A stretch of DNA of 64,000 nucleotides from Macrostomum hystrix (taxonomy: Eukaryota; Animalia; Platyhelminthes), in the NCBI GenBank assembly GCA_950097015.1, contig CATNEN010000009.1, forward strand, positions 1,674,001 to 1,738,000. Direction: 5' to 3'. A program made the position numbers and the translations under genes. Below the pieces are notes generated by a model. It ran no database searches, was not told the DNA's origin, and saw nothing but the letters and a program-made list of their open reading frames with translations. The stretch's first letter is position 1, and each line of letters starts with the position of its first letter. Positions 10,665-21,983 of this stretch are shown piece by piece.

Positions 10665-13600
10665 CTACATAACACTTCTCCCACCATAGTTCAGACGGTC
10701 TGGGCTCTTGCGGATCCTGGTCGATCTTCGAGGCACGTGCTGCGGTGATTGATCCCGCCGCTGCTGCTGCTGCGGTGCCATTGTTGGAGGCGTTGGAGGC
10801 GTTGGCGGTGGCTGATGTAGTGATGTCGGCGGCGGCGGCGGTGGGGGCGGCGGCGGCGGCGGCGGCGGCGGCGTTGTCGGTGTCGACGATGGCGGCGGTG
10901 CCAGTGGTAGGGGCGGTGGCAGTTGTGGCGGCTGACAGACCAGCCCCCGAGGCTGTTGGTCCACATTGCGGTGAGTCGTATCGCACCGCATCTGGTTTGC
11001 ATGGCGCCGAACCGTTCTGTTGTCCGGCAGGTTGCACTGGTACCAGTTGCTGCCTTCAATGCCCACCACCGTTGCTCGCGTCCAGCTCCGTTCCTTTCCA
11101 CAGCTGAAGTCTTGAACGAACACTGCCTCGCCCTCCGCGAAGCTCCGCCCGTGCGCCCCAGAGTCATGCTGCAGCCTTTGCTTCTCCTGGTTCTCGAGGA
11201 CCCGCTTGGCAATGTCTGGCCTGGGTACATCGAGGAGCGTTCGCAGCGAACGGCGCATCAGTAGCTCACAAGGAGCCACTCCTGTCGTTGGGTGCGGCGT
11301 TGTGCGGTAACTCAGCAAGAATCTCGCCAGCTGCGTCTCCAGAGAGCTGCCGTCGCTCGCTTGTTTTTTCAGAGAGCTCTTGACGGTCTGCACAGTTCGT
11401 TCGGCTTGGCCATTCGAAGCTGGGTGGTAGGGCGGCGTGCGGATGTGCCGAATGCCGTTCTTAGCACAGAAGGTTTCGAACTCCGAGCTTGCGAAGCAGG
11501 GACCGTTGTCCGAGACAATAGCATCCGGCAGGCCGTGGGCACTGAAGGTCTGTCGTAGCTTCTCTATCGTTGCAGAGCTTGTCGTTGCCGACGTCACGTG
11601 AACGTCGATCCACTTGGAGTAGGAGTCGACTACCACCAGGAGCATTCTTCCTTGGACGGGCCCTGCGAAGTCGATGTGAATCCGCGACCAGGGCCTTGTC
11701 GGCAGCGGCCACGGTTGCAGTGGCACCTCCGGACCGACTCGCTGGTGCTTCTGACACTCCTGGCATCCCGCTGCCTTCGCCTCGATATCACGGTCCATGC
11801 CGGGCCACCAGATGTAGCTCCTGGCCAGCGACTTCATGCGGGACGCGCCAGGGTGTGCGACGTGCAGCGATTCCAGGAGACTGGATCGACAGGCCTCCGG
11901 AATGACGACGCGGCAGCCCCAAAGAATGCAGCCGTCTTGGACCGAGAGCTCCTGTAGGCGTTTGCCGAAGGGCGTGAGGTCAGGGGACAGGGATCCCTTG
12001 TCCGGCCAGGCAGAGAGACAGAAACGAATTACCTGAGACAATGTGGCATCGCGGCGTGACCAGTTACGCACATCTGATGAAGTCACCGGACCGGCGTCGA
12101 GGCAGTCCATCACTTGAATGACTTCCGGTGGCACTGGAACGTCCTTGGGCCCGCTTGATGCAGGAAGGCGGCTCAGGGCGTCCGCCCGGAGCATAGAGGT
12201 CCCGCTGCGATGTACTAGACGGTAGCGATAGGCTGTCAGGAGCAGCGCCCATCGTTGAACTCGGCCGGACGCCAACGTTGGAAGCGGCCGTTCCTGCCCA
12301 AGGAGGCCTAACAGCGGCCGATGGTCCGTCAGCAGGTTGAACTCTCGGCCAAACAGATACTGGTGGAATTTTCTGACGCCAAAGACCAGCGCGAGTGCCT
12401 CCTTCTCCAGCTGACAGTAGTTCTTCTCAGCGGCACTGAGACTGCGCGAAGCGTACGCGATCGGTTTGTCCATGCCGTTCTGACGATGGAAGATGACAGC
12501 GCCCAGGCCGTACTGCGAGGCGTCGCACTCCAGGTAGAGGTCCTCTGCCGCATTGTAGTGCACCAGGACACTTGGATGCGTGAGTAGCTGCTTTGCTGCG
12601 GCAAACGCTTTGGCCTCACCGCGGTCCCACCGCCACTTCGAGTTTTTCTCCAGCAGCCGGTGTAGCGGTGCCAGCACGCTGGAGAGATTCGGCAGGAACT
12701 TCCCGTAATAGTTGATGAGGCCCAAGAAGCTCCTGAGCTGAGTCGTGTTCGTCGGTGCTGGTGCATCTAGCACGGCTTGGACTTTGTCGTCGAGTGGGTG
12801 CAGTCCCTCTGCGTCGATGCGGTGACCCAGGTACGTGACCTCGTCCTGGAAGAATCTGCACTTCTCGAGCTTGCAGGTCAGGCCGGATTCCTTGAAGACC
12901 CTCAGGACCTCTCTGAGATTGTGCAGATGGCTCGCGTCGTCCTCTCCCGTGATGATGACATCATCGATGAAGGATGCTGTGTGCGGAATTCCACGCAGCA
13001 GGTTGTCCATCACTCGTTGGAAGACGCTTGGGGCAATCGACACCCCAAAAGGCAGTCGGGTGTAGCGCAGGAGTCCGACGGAAGTGTTGATTGTACAGAC
13101 CTCTTGGGCTTCCTCGTCCAGCGGAAGCTGCATAAATGCGTTGGTCAGGTCCAGCTTAGAGAACTTTTGCCCGCCAGTCAGCCGGGCGAACAGTTCGTCG
13201 ATGTTTGGCAGGGGGTACGCCTCCGGCCGAATCGCTGTGTTGACTCCCTGCTTGAAATCTGCACAGACGCGGACGCTGCCGTCCGATTTCATCACTGGCA
13301 CGATCGGTGACGCCCAGTCGGAGTTCTTGACCGGCATCAGCACTCCTTGGTCGATTTCCTTCTGCAGCTGCTGTTCGACTTTTTCACGCAGCGCGAAAGG
13401 AACAGGTCGCGCCTTGAAGAACTTCGGTCTGGCGGTCTCCTTGAGACTGATAGACACTGGCTTGCCGTTGAACTCTCCCAGGCCTTGGAAGACATCTGAG
13501 AACTCCTTGATGAGCTTCTCAGCAGGGTCACCGATGCGCTTGACCGACTGCCAGTCCAGGCGCAGCTGAGCCAGCCAATCCCGACCGAGGAGGCTCGGAC

Positions 13601-14732
13601 CGTCGCCGGCGACAACGAGAAGCCGCAGTTGCGCTTCATCAGAGTCGGCGGACACTCGCACGCGGACGGACAGCTGGCCGAGCACGCGCACGGTCTGACC
13701 GGTGTAGGTGCTGAGTTGAATCGTTGACCGGGACAGTGTAACCAGTCCGTCCAGGTTCGCCTTGAATGTGCGCTCAGACATCAGCGATACAGATGCACCT
13801 GTGTCTACCTCCATCTCGTGCTGCCGCCCTTCGATAAAAACCGATGTCCTGATCGGTGGAAAACTTGACTGCGGCCGATCCGCCCCCAGATGATAAAACG
13901 GATACGACACCTCATCTGGACTCGCGCTCGTGGTCACCTGCTCCACCAGCTGGTGTGTCTGCTGCTGCCGCAGTGCATCTGTCTTACAGGCCTTCGCTGT
14001 GTGTCCGGTCTTGCTGCACTTAAAGCAGCGCTTGTCCACGAAGGGGCACTTGCTGGCCAGGTGACGGGTTGAGAGGCAGCGAAAGCAGCGCCGACGACTT
14101 TCGGCTCCCAGCTGTCTGCTGTCTTCCTCTGGTCGCTGCCGCTCCATCCGTAGCACAGCGTCGCTTTCCGTCGATGGCGTCGGTGCTGCCGAGTTCGCTG
14201 ATCCCAGCGACCGGCAGTTGATGGCTGCCGATTCGCCCGCCCGAGCGATCTCCTTTGCTGTGTCGAGGGTGAGGGTCGGCTCCATCAGCAGCCGGCGTTG
14301 GATTTGCTGATCCGCGATGCCGCACACCAGTCTGTCCCGCAGCATGTCCGACAAGCTGTTGCCAAAGTTGCAGAACTCGGCCAGCTTCCGCAGCTCTGCC
14401 AGAAACTCTGCCACAGTCTCTCCAGCACGCTGGGCTCGGTTGTTAAAGTGGAACCTTTGGACGATCTCACTTGGTCTCGGGTTGAAATGACCGCTCAGCA
14501 GCGAACAGATGTCGTCGTACGATTTGCCAGCAACTTTGGCTGGAGAGCACAGGCTTCTAGCCAATTGAAACGTCTTCCTTCCACAGACACTCAGCAGGGT
14601 TGCTCTCTTCTTGCCCTCGTCAGTGATGTCCTGGGCGAGAAAATGCTGCTCCAGGCGCTCCTGGTATTCATCCCAGGTTTCGACGGAGTCTTCAAATTCT
14701 CCGATTCCGTGGGCCGGCATGGCTGGGCCCAA
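10665..14732 (-). CDS. Single-ORF Gag-Pol polyprotein, 1355 aa
   Basis: Two CCHC knuckles, protease VDTGAS, RT (KLDL...FIDD), RNase H (CDASQYGLGA) and integrase (HVAHPG...CQEC, HIDFAGP, SDNG, GQAER), with a poly-Pro tail and no internal stops. Confidence 0.96.
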   Translation of the reverse strand: MGPAMPAHGIGEFEDSVETWDEYQERLEQHFLAQDITDEGKKRATLLSVCGRKTFQLARSLCSPAKVAGKSYDDICSLLSGHFNPRPSEIVQRFHFNNRAQRAGETVAEFLAELRKLAEFCNFGNSLSDMLRDRLVCGIADQQIQRRLLMEPTLTLDTAKEIARAGESAAINCRSLGSANSAAPTPSTESDAVLRMERQRPEEDSRQLGAESRRRCFRCLSTRHLASKCPFVDKRCFKCSKTGHTAKACKTDALRQQQTHQLVEQVTTSASPDEVSYPFYHLGADRPQSSFPPIRTSVFIEGRQHEMEVDTGASVSLMSERTFKANLDGLVTLSRSTIQLSTYTGQTVRVLGQLSVRVRVSADSDEAQLRLLVVAGDGPSLLGRDWLAQLRLDWQSVKRIGDPAEKLIKEFSDVFQGLGEFNGKPVSISLKETARPKFFKARPVPFALREKVEQQLQKEIDQGVLMPVKNSDWASPIVPVMKSDGSVRVCADFKQGVNTAIRPEAYPLPNIDELFARLTGGQKFSKLDLTNAFMQLPLDEEAQEVCTINTSVGLLRYTRLPFGVSIAPSVFQRVMDNLLRGIPHTASFIDDVIITGEDDASHLHNLREVLRVFKESGLTCKLEKCRFFQDEVTYLGHRIDAEGLHPLDDKVQAVLDAPAPTNTTQLRSFLGLINYYGKFLPNLSSVLAPLHRLLEKNSKWRWDRGEAKAFAAAKQLLTHPSVLVHYNAAEDLYLECDASQYGLGAVIFHRQNGMDKPIAYASRSLSAAEKNYCQLEKEALALVFGVRKFHQYLFGREFNLLTDHRPLLGLLGQERPLPTLASGRVQRWALLLTAYRYRLVHRSGTSMLRADALSRLPASSGPKDVPVPPEVIQVMDCLDAGPVTSSDVRNWSRRDATLSQVIRFCLSAWPDKGSLSPDLTPFGKRLQELSVQDGCILWGCRVVIPEACRSSLLESLHVAHPGASRMKSLARSYIWWPGMDRDIEAKAAGCQECQKHQRVGPEVPLQPWPLPTRPWSRIHIDFAGPVQGRMLLVVVDSYSKWIDVHVTSATTSSATIEKLRQTFSAHGLPDAIVSDNGPCFASSEFETFCAKNGIRHIRTPPYHPASNGQAERTVQTVKSSLKKQASDGSSLETQLARFLLSYRTTPHPTTGVAPCELLMRRSLRTLLDVPRPDIAKRVLENQEKQRLQHDSGAHGRSFAEGEAVFVQDFSCGKERSWTRATVVGIEGSNWYQCNLPDNRTVRRHANQMRCDTTHRNVDQQPRGLVCQPPQLPPPLPLAPPPSSTPTTPPPPPPPPPPPPPPPTSLHQPPPTPPTPPTMAPQQQQRRDQSPQHVPRRSTRIRKSPDRLNYGGRSVM

Positions 14733-14734
14733 GT

Positions 14735-14744
14735 CTCGTCGCCA
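14735..14744 (-). promoter_or_regulatory. Primer binding site, complementary to the tRNA-Ser(GCU) 3' end
   Basis: TGGCGACGAG lies 1 nt inside the 5' LTR and is complementary to ...CTCGTCGCCA, the 3' end of metazoan tRNA-Ser(GCU) as I recall it. Confidence 0.75.
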
Positions 14745-15397
14745 CTGAAATAACTCTAGACTGGTGGTATTTAGAACGAAACGTAAACAGTCAGAGCTCC
14801 ACGCTCCTGAGAACAGCGATATATATTTTATGCGACGGCACGTTGGGTGTAAGGATTAGGGGGTGATAAAATAGAGCGAACAATGATTTGAAAGTCAGCC
14901 AGTTAACCAAACGGCTGCCAGCGCGGTGTACTCAGCGTACGCGCGCTGGCTGCACATGGCTGCACCGCACAATGAAATGATATTCAGCCAGTTAACAAAC
15001 AGCTGCCAGCGCGGTGTACTCAGCGTATACGCGCTGGCTGCAAGTCACTACATAACAGTAATTTGACACGGTGTGTCGAGATGTGTTGTTGACTGTGTTC
15101 ATCTGGCTGGCTGGTTGTTTCATCGTTACCTTAATTTTGTTGTTAGTATTGCTGTTTGTTAGTTTTACAGTCCATGTCTGCGTCTGTACTTGTGCACATT
15201 AGGGCATGGTGCAACAACAAAAAATTACGCAGATTGAATTCAGCATTCCGTGAGTTTGAGTTTAAGTTTGAAGAGAAAAGTGACAGTAACTGACAGAAAT
15301 ATGAACGTACAGTATTACACACCAAAGTAACTAAATTATTCATACTCGTAGTAATAAAACAGGATGGAAGATGAGGAATAACCGGGCTGGGGTAAGT

Positions 15398-15735
15398 TAG
15401 CTTGATCCTATGAAAGTCAGATAAGCATGCTAGCTAGAAGTAGTAGCTGGTCACCCTGTCCCGAGCAGCTCTTCCAGCAGTCCTAGCTTGATCCTATGAA
15501 AGTCAGATATGCTAGCTAGAAGTAGTAGCTGGTCACCCTGTCCCGAGCAGCTCTTCCAGCAGTCCTAGCTTGATCCTATGAAAGTCAGATAAGCATGCTA
15601 GCTAGAAGTAGTAGCTGGTCACCCTGTCCCGAGCAGCTCTTCCAGCAGTCCTAGCTTGATCCTATGAAAGTCAGATAAGCATGTTAGCTAGAAGTAGTGG
15701 CTGGTCACCCTGTCCCGAGCAGCTCTTCCAGCAGT
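15398..15735. repeat. Tandem 82-86-bp repeat x4 derived from the nuclease stop-codon region
   Basis: Each unit contains the last codons (GRAARDRVTS(H/Y)YF*) and the adjacent 3' sequence of the Harbinger nuclease. Confidence 0.9.
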
Positions 15736-16660
15736 GTCCGCTTCATGCCCTTCAAAGCCGTCGTCAATGACATCTTCAACCTCCATCTCTGCTACGTCAG
15801 GCACACGATAACGACGGGCCCTATTGTGCAAACAACTGCAGGTGACAATGACCCGAGTAGCAACAGTCGGATGAAAAGGCCAGTCGCCTTGTGCGACAAA
15901 TATAGGAACCATGACTTGAGAATTCCGAAAGTCCTTTCTACTGCAACACGAGTCCTTCGTAATGAACGATTGTAAGCTTGCTCGTTAGCAGAACGCGGGA
16001 ACAGATATGGAGTAAGCGGGAATGGCTTCAGTGCGTAGCCGCTGTCCCCAAGGAGCCATTTGTCACCAAACTCGCCGGCAACGATCCGGTGCTTCAGGGC
16101 AGACTGGTTGGAAATGAACGAATCGCTCGCAGAGCCTGGGAAGCGCACTACCACATCCAAAATTTTAAAGTCAGAATCACACATAGCACGTTGATGGAAT
16201 GATACCCCTTGCGATTCACGTACACGTTCTCGTCGTCAATTGGCGACTTAATGGCAATGTGCGTCTCATCGATGCAACCAAGCACATTAGGAAGGCCGGC
16301 AATGGAAGCACATTGCACAGCGATTGTCTCCCTCTGCATCTCGGACCCGAAATGAACGTCGTCCCCAGCGGTTGACGCCAAACAAGCAACCACCTCCCGA
16401 ATGAACTTGCTGACGGATGGTCGAGAGATCCCAAAAGATGCCTGCAAATTACTATACAGACATCCGGTAGCAAAGTAGTTCAGAGCTACACAGAGCTTCA
16501 GGAGTGCGGGTATGGCATGACTTCTCTTCGTCTTAGACTCCAGTGCAGGTATCATTTGGTTCAATAGATCCACAATGACAACTCTGGGGAACCTGTAGCG
16601 CTTCAGTAGTTCGCCATCGTCAAGGGCCAGCGGATCGCTCCTAAAGTTGACACATGGCAT
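15688..16660 (-). pseudogene. Harbinger DDE nuclease (HARBI1-like), frameshifted
   Basis: Three frames hold consecutive parts: KRYRF...GCIDETH...NRKGYHSINV, then PGSASDS...LLGDSGY...RVAVERTFGILK, then CSCLHN. There are at least two frameshifts and DGTH has become DETH. Confidence 0.9.
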
Positions 16661-17919
16661 TGCAGTTTACAATATCCATTTCATGAAATATTGAAAGAAT
16701 AATATATCAATATCACTAACCTGTCGTTCTGTGCGTTCATGCGATGCCGCGGTGTTGGCCTGTTGCCAGCAAGTTTCATGCGACAGCTGGCTGGCAAATA
16801 GAAGGATTGGAGTGCTGCTGAGTCTCTCTGCAAAAAATTGGTGCGAGGCAAAGCCAGCCGGTCCGTGTCGGGACACAACTTGTACGAGTACTCGTACTTG
16901 CTTTAACACCTCTGCACGACGAACTGACACCGCACACCAAATTGCCGACGGTATGAAACTATTTCGTGCCATTAATCAAATGCAAGGGACTTTTGTTGCT
17001 CCTAGCCATAGACTGCAGTTACATACTGGGTGGGTAATGCAATCTGTTCTACGCCATCTAATTTGTCTGCTAGTTCCAAATTATTTGTTGAGGACACAAG
17101 TGTTGCTAGGCAACGTAAAGCGACTCCTGCAGGCAGAGTTGACGCAGGTGTAACTGGAACCAGCAGCTCACTCGCCAAGCTGAGCGCCACTTCCTCGAAA
17201 GCGTCGCCAGGTGTGTTAAGCACAAGGTCGAACTAAAATGACACTGTTATCATTATCACCCTGTTACGTTCAGTGGCCCATTAAATTCCTTCTAAATGTC
17301 TTGTAGCTCATTTATGAAAAAACTAATTGTAATGCTTACTTTTACCTGAATCTGTATTTTCCATACTGAATAGCTTTATAATCGAGTTTTTGCGGACAGT
17401 AGTAGACGAACACGCCAAGTCATTCTGCTAGCCCAGCTTTGAATTTCACTACTAGAGACAGTGGTCTATAAATTTATTAGATGACTATAAATAGATAAGA
17501 CAGTTAGAAATAAGCTTTCAATGCTACACTGCAGATCCCACAACAGTTCCCTATAGGAGGATCCGCAATCAACAGCGCGCCTAACATAATCGCTTAGCAC
17601 AATAAGCCTAGGTAAGTGAATTAATAACAAAATTCCTAATAGCATTGCTGACACAAGCGGGCCTACAGCAAAACTACAGAAAACTGCACTCTACTAAACA
17701 GAATATTCATAACTAAACAGCGCACACGAATTGAGTATGTCAAATAAGGTCAAACATTGCTAGTCTCTAATAGTAAACAAGGCAAAAACTGAAGCAATGT
17801 CCTAGACAGCAATAAAGGTGAGATTAGGAACAATAAGAGCAGAACAGCTGCTATCACATTGTGTTTAGCGTGAGATTTCTTGTCCAATATAACAATATAA
17901 CAAAGTAACAATATAACAA

Positions 17920-18059
17920 GGGACTGATTCGTTAGCTAGTATCATTTTGGACACGACACCTCAGAGCAGAGCAATAATCGATTATATGGGACTGATTCGT
18001 TAGCTAGTATCATTTTGGACACGTCACCTCAGAGCAGAGCAATAATCGATTATATGGGA
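17920..18059. repeat. 68-bp direct duplication
   Basis: GGGACTGATTCGTTAGCTAG...GATTATATGG occurs twice in tandem. Confidence 0.85.
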
Positions 18060-18416
18060 ATGATAAAAAACCGACCAAAAGACAAACAAATCAATCAAGC
18101 AGCTCAAGTCTTTTTGTCAAACAAAACTAAAGGAAATTGAAGAACAAAAAACTGGCCAGATAAATATAAAAATGTGCCTCTCACAATGCAGCCCCGACTA
18201 AACTGGCTGAAACTGCACACACAGGCTTCGAATGTCTGCGAGATTGGGGCCAAAAATTAAATAGAGAATGTGCGCGAAGGAGCCGATGGAAAAATAGTGG
18301 CCTTATAATAAGCAAAACTTTGCGACTCTACAGCAATGCTGACTAACACGACGAATGCGGCATGCGGCTGCTCACTGGCTGCCTGCGTTCTGGACTGCGA
18401 CTGCTGCACGCAACTA

Positions 18417-19836
18417 TGGGGTCTGTGAGGGATGACACCAGTGCTGGGTGTCTGTGAGGGATGACACCAGTGCTGGGTGTCTGTGAGGGATGACACCAGT
18501 GCTGGGTGTCTGTGAGGGATGACACCAGTGCTGGGTGTCTGTGAGGGATGACACCAGTGCTGGGTGTCTGTGAGGGATGACACCAGTGCTGAGTGTCTGT
18601 GAGGGATGACACCAGTGCTGAGTGTCTGTGAGGGATGACACCAGTGCTGAGTGTCTGTGAGGGATGACACCAGTGCTGGGTGTCTGTGAGGGATGGCACC
18701 AGTGCTGGGTGTCTGTGAGGGATGACACCAATGCTGGGTGTCTGTGAGGGATGACACCAGTGCTGGGTGTCTGTGAGGGATGACACCAGTGCTGGGTGTC
18801 TGTGAGGGATGACACCAGTGCTGAGTGTCTGTGAGGGATGACACCAGTGCTGAGTGTCTGTGAGGGATGACACCAGTGCTGAGTGTCTGTGAGGGATGAC
18901 ACCAGTGCTGAGTGTCTGTGAGGGATGACACCAGTGCTGGGTGTCTGTGAGGGATGACACCAGTGCTGAGTGTCTGTGAGGGATGACACCAGTGCTGAGT
19001 GTCTGTGAGGGATGACACCAGTGCTGAGTGTCTGTGAGGGATGACACCAGTGCTGGGTGTCTGTGAGGGATGACACCAGTGCTGGGTGTCTGTGAGGGAT
19101 GTCACCAGTGCTGAGTGTCTGTGAGGGATGACACCAGTGCTAAGTGTCTGTGAGGGATGACACCAGTGCTGAGTGTCTGTGAGGGATGACACCAGTGCTG
19201 AGTGTCTGTGAGGGATGACACCAGTGCTGAGTGTCTGTGAGGGATGACACCAGTGCTGGGTGTCTGTGAGGGATGACACCAGTGCTGGGTGTCTGTGAGG
19301 GATGTCACCAGTGCTGGGTGTCTGTGAGGGATGACACCAGTGCTGAGTGTCTGTGAGGGATGTCACCAGTGCTGGGTGTCTGTGAGGGATGACACCAGTG
19401 CTGGGTGTCTGTGAGGGATGACACCAGTGCTGGGTGTCTCTGAGGGATGACACCAGTGCTGAGTGTCTGTGAGGGATGTCACCAGTGCTGAGTGTCTGTG
19501 AGGGATGACACCAGTGCTGAGTGTCTGTGAGGGATGACACCAGTGCTGGGTGTCTGTGAGGGATGACACCAGTGCTGGGTGTCTGTGAGGGATGACACCA
19601 GTGCTGGGTGTCTCTGAGGGATGACACCAGTGCTGAGTGTCTGTGAGGGATGTCACCAGTGCTGAGTGTCTGTGAGGGATGACACCAGTGCTGAGTGTCT
19701 GTGAGGGATGACACCAGTGCTGGGTGTCTGTGAGGGATGACACCAGTGCTGGGTGTCTGTGAGGGATGTCACCAGTGCTGAGTGTCTGTGAGGGATGACA
19801 CCAGTGCTGGGTGTCTGTGAGGGATGACACCAGTAC
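18417..19836. repeat. Minisatellite, 29-bp unit, ~49 copies
   Basis: Tandem GTGTCTGTGAGGGATGACACCAGTGCTG(G/A) with variant units. There are no unique spacers, so this is not a CRISPR array. Confidence 0.97.
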
Positions 19837-20254
19837 TGACTGTTGGGACAAAAGTTTATATTTGCGGTCTGCAGTCGTAATTCATGAATCGCAGTGCGGC
19901 GCCATAGGTAGGAATAAAACAAATTCAGAGGAACGTAAAGCTGGTAAAGCAGGTAGAATAAGCATGCGTGTAGATAGGTGACGAAATAAGCACTCCGGCA
20001 GTGATGTGTCAGAGTGAGCGAGTGTGTAAAGCAAGTTAGACGGTGTCAGGGCCTGACGATTATGCTTGTTAACAAAGAAAATGAGAGCGGCAGGCGATTC
20101 ATACAGTGCAAAGCGGTTCCATTTAGCCTGCTGTGAATCATTAGCGATGCGCGCAAAGCTCTACTGCGGTGAGTAGTGCAGTGCGGACACGGCAGTGCTT
20201 ATTTGAATAGAAAATCAAGACGACAGGATCAACCAGCTGGCGATGGGCGCACGC

Positions 20255-21983
20255 TCAGCACCTGGTCTCGTACAGACCGCTCTTGCCGATGTAGCGAACC
20301 CACTTGATGACGTCATGGTCGGAGTAGTTCAGCTTGGACTCAAACACCTTCAGGTAACGCACCTTGAAGCCGGACGGAGCGAACGGCACCTGCGGAATGA
20401 AGGAGGGGGAGATTGTAGCGATGCTAAGCTTTGATTGTCTGTCATTTTCGCCTGTCGACTGTCCAAACTGGGTGAGGCATTCCATTGTGACCCACCTCGA
20501 AGTTCATGGAGATGGGAGGCCGGGTCCACTTCTTGGCCTTGTCAGTGGCGCTCAGCATGTCGATCTCGGCGCTGAGCTGCCACTCCTTCATGCCGCCCAT
20601 CCGCTTGATCTTCCACACAATGGCATTGTCCGAGGCCTTGTACCTGGCCTTGCCCTTCATGCAGATCACCTGCACCCCGCTGGTGTTCAGCGGAGTCGGG
20701 ATTCGAACCTCGACCTTCTGCGCCAGCAGGGAAGGCTTGAAGTTGCTCTTCACCACCACCTTGACCTCCATCTTGGTGCGACCGATCTCGCGCACCAGCG
20801 GGATGACACGGAACGGCAGGCTGATGTCCTTGGTGGTGCGGTAGCGCATGAGTTCAAACTCGCCATCCGGCGGGATAAACGAGATGGCGTGCTCAGTGTC
20901 AAACTTGCTCAGCTTCACGCACTGGTGGAACTGGCAGTCGTCGATGGCGATGTGGCCGGCCTTGCCGCCGCCGCCGCCGAGGTTGCCGCCGCCGGAGGCT
21001 GCGGCGCCGGCGTCCTGACGCTTGCTGTCCATGACGATCTTGTCGTTGATGCCAAATTTGCACTCGGGCATGCCTGACAGGAAAGATTTCATCTGCACCC
21101 TGCCGGACACGTGCGCTGACAGCACCTGGCCCTGCGGCGACATCAGCAGGTTGACGGACTCGATCACGTCCAGGAAGAGCTCGTTGCGCCGATATTTAAT
21201 GCCCTCGCGGCGCCAGGCGATCTGGCCAGTGACCTGCAAAGGGGAAGCGGAGTCATAATCTCAAAAGGCTACTGGCAGTGGTACAGCTGGCTGATCATTC
21301 TGTACAGCTGGCTGATCATTCTGTACAGCTGGCTGATCATTCTGTACAGCTGGCTGATCATTCTGTACAACTGGCTGCACATTCTGTACAGCTGGCTGAT
21401 CATTCTGTACAGCTGGCTGCACATTCTGTACAGTTGTCTGCAACCCAAACTGCCCGTCGGTGGACCTGATTCGCATTCTAGATTGTGAAGGGCCATATAG
21501 AACTGGGTGAATATGGCAGAGGCGCACCTGGTTGGTGATTTTGGTTGTCTCCTCCTTGGTCTGTGACTTGATGCCCTGCTGGGTGATGTAGGTCTTGAGT
21601 ATGCCAGTGTCGGTGTTCTGTGGATAGCCATAGTCCATGATCTCATCCAGCAGCTCATAGATGAGCACAAAATTGTTTTTTATATTGTCCTCATTGATCT
21701 TGCCAAAGTAGTTGCCCATGACCTCAACCATTTTGTAGAGGAACTGAAACACCAGGGCTGCGTTCACATTCTTTTTGGCGGCGGCGCAGATCCAGATGTT
21801 CGAGCGCTTGATGTGGAAGAAGCTGGTGTGCGCGATGTTGGTGACGGGCGACCGAACCTGCTGCCTGGCGTGGATGACGTTGACGCGAAAGGCATCAACG
21901 GCATTGCGCCCAATGTCGTCCCGGTAGACGCGGGAGATGAGCACCTCGCCCTTGTGGTTGTACACGAACAGGCCGCCAATCAT
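20255..21983 (-). CDS. AP2M1: AP-2 complex subunit mu (mu2 adaptin), 442 aa
   Basis: Exons 21983-21528, 21233-20496 and 20389-20255, all phase 0. The sequence [23 protein letters not shown]...[24 protein letters not shown]...[16 protein letters not shown] is near-identical to known mu2. Confidence 0.98.
21268..21433. repeat. Intronic minisatellite, 21-bp unit, ~8 copies
   Basis: Tandem TACAGCTGGCTGATCATTCTG in AP2M1 intron 1. Confidence 0.9.

Larger units (their letters stand above)
10363..15057 (-). mobile_element. Intact Ty3/Gypsy LTR retrotransposon (Mag-like / K02A2.6-like), copy C
   Basis: Identical 312-bp LTRs at 10363-10674 and 14746-15057, TG...CA, with a 5-bp TSD GTAAT (10358-10362 / 15058-15062). 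PBS TGGCGACGAG at 14735-14744 (-) and polypurine tract GGTGGGAGAAG next to the 3' LTR. Confidence 0.97.
9674..16720. mobile_element. PIF/Harbinger DNA transposon remnant (convergent Myb + DDE nuclease genes) interrupted by a Gypsy element
   Basis: The two diagnostic Harbinger genes lie tail-to-tail. TIRs and TSD were not found, so boundaries are minimal. Confidence 0.75.

Noticed and set aside
7900-17700. Terminal inverted repeats and TWA TSD for the Harbinger element
   Set aside because: No convincing inverted pair was found by eye, so element boundaries are not claimed.
18257-19851. Long repetitive ORFs (up to 485 aa) over the 29-bp array, and a possible CRISPR-like appearance
   Set aside because: These are translations of a tandem repeat. 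There are no unique spacers or cas genes, and the context is eukaryotic.
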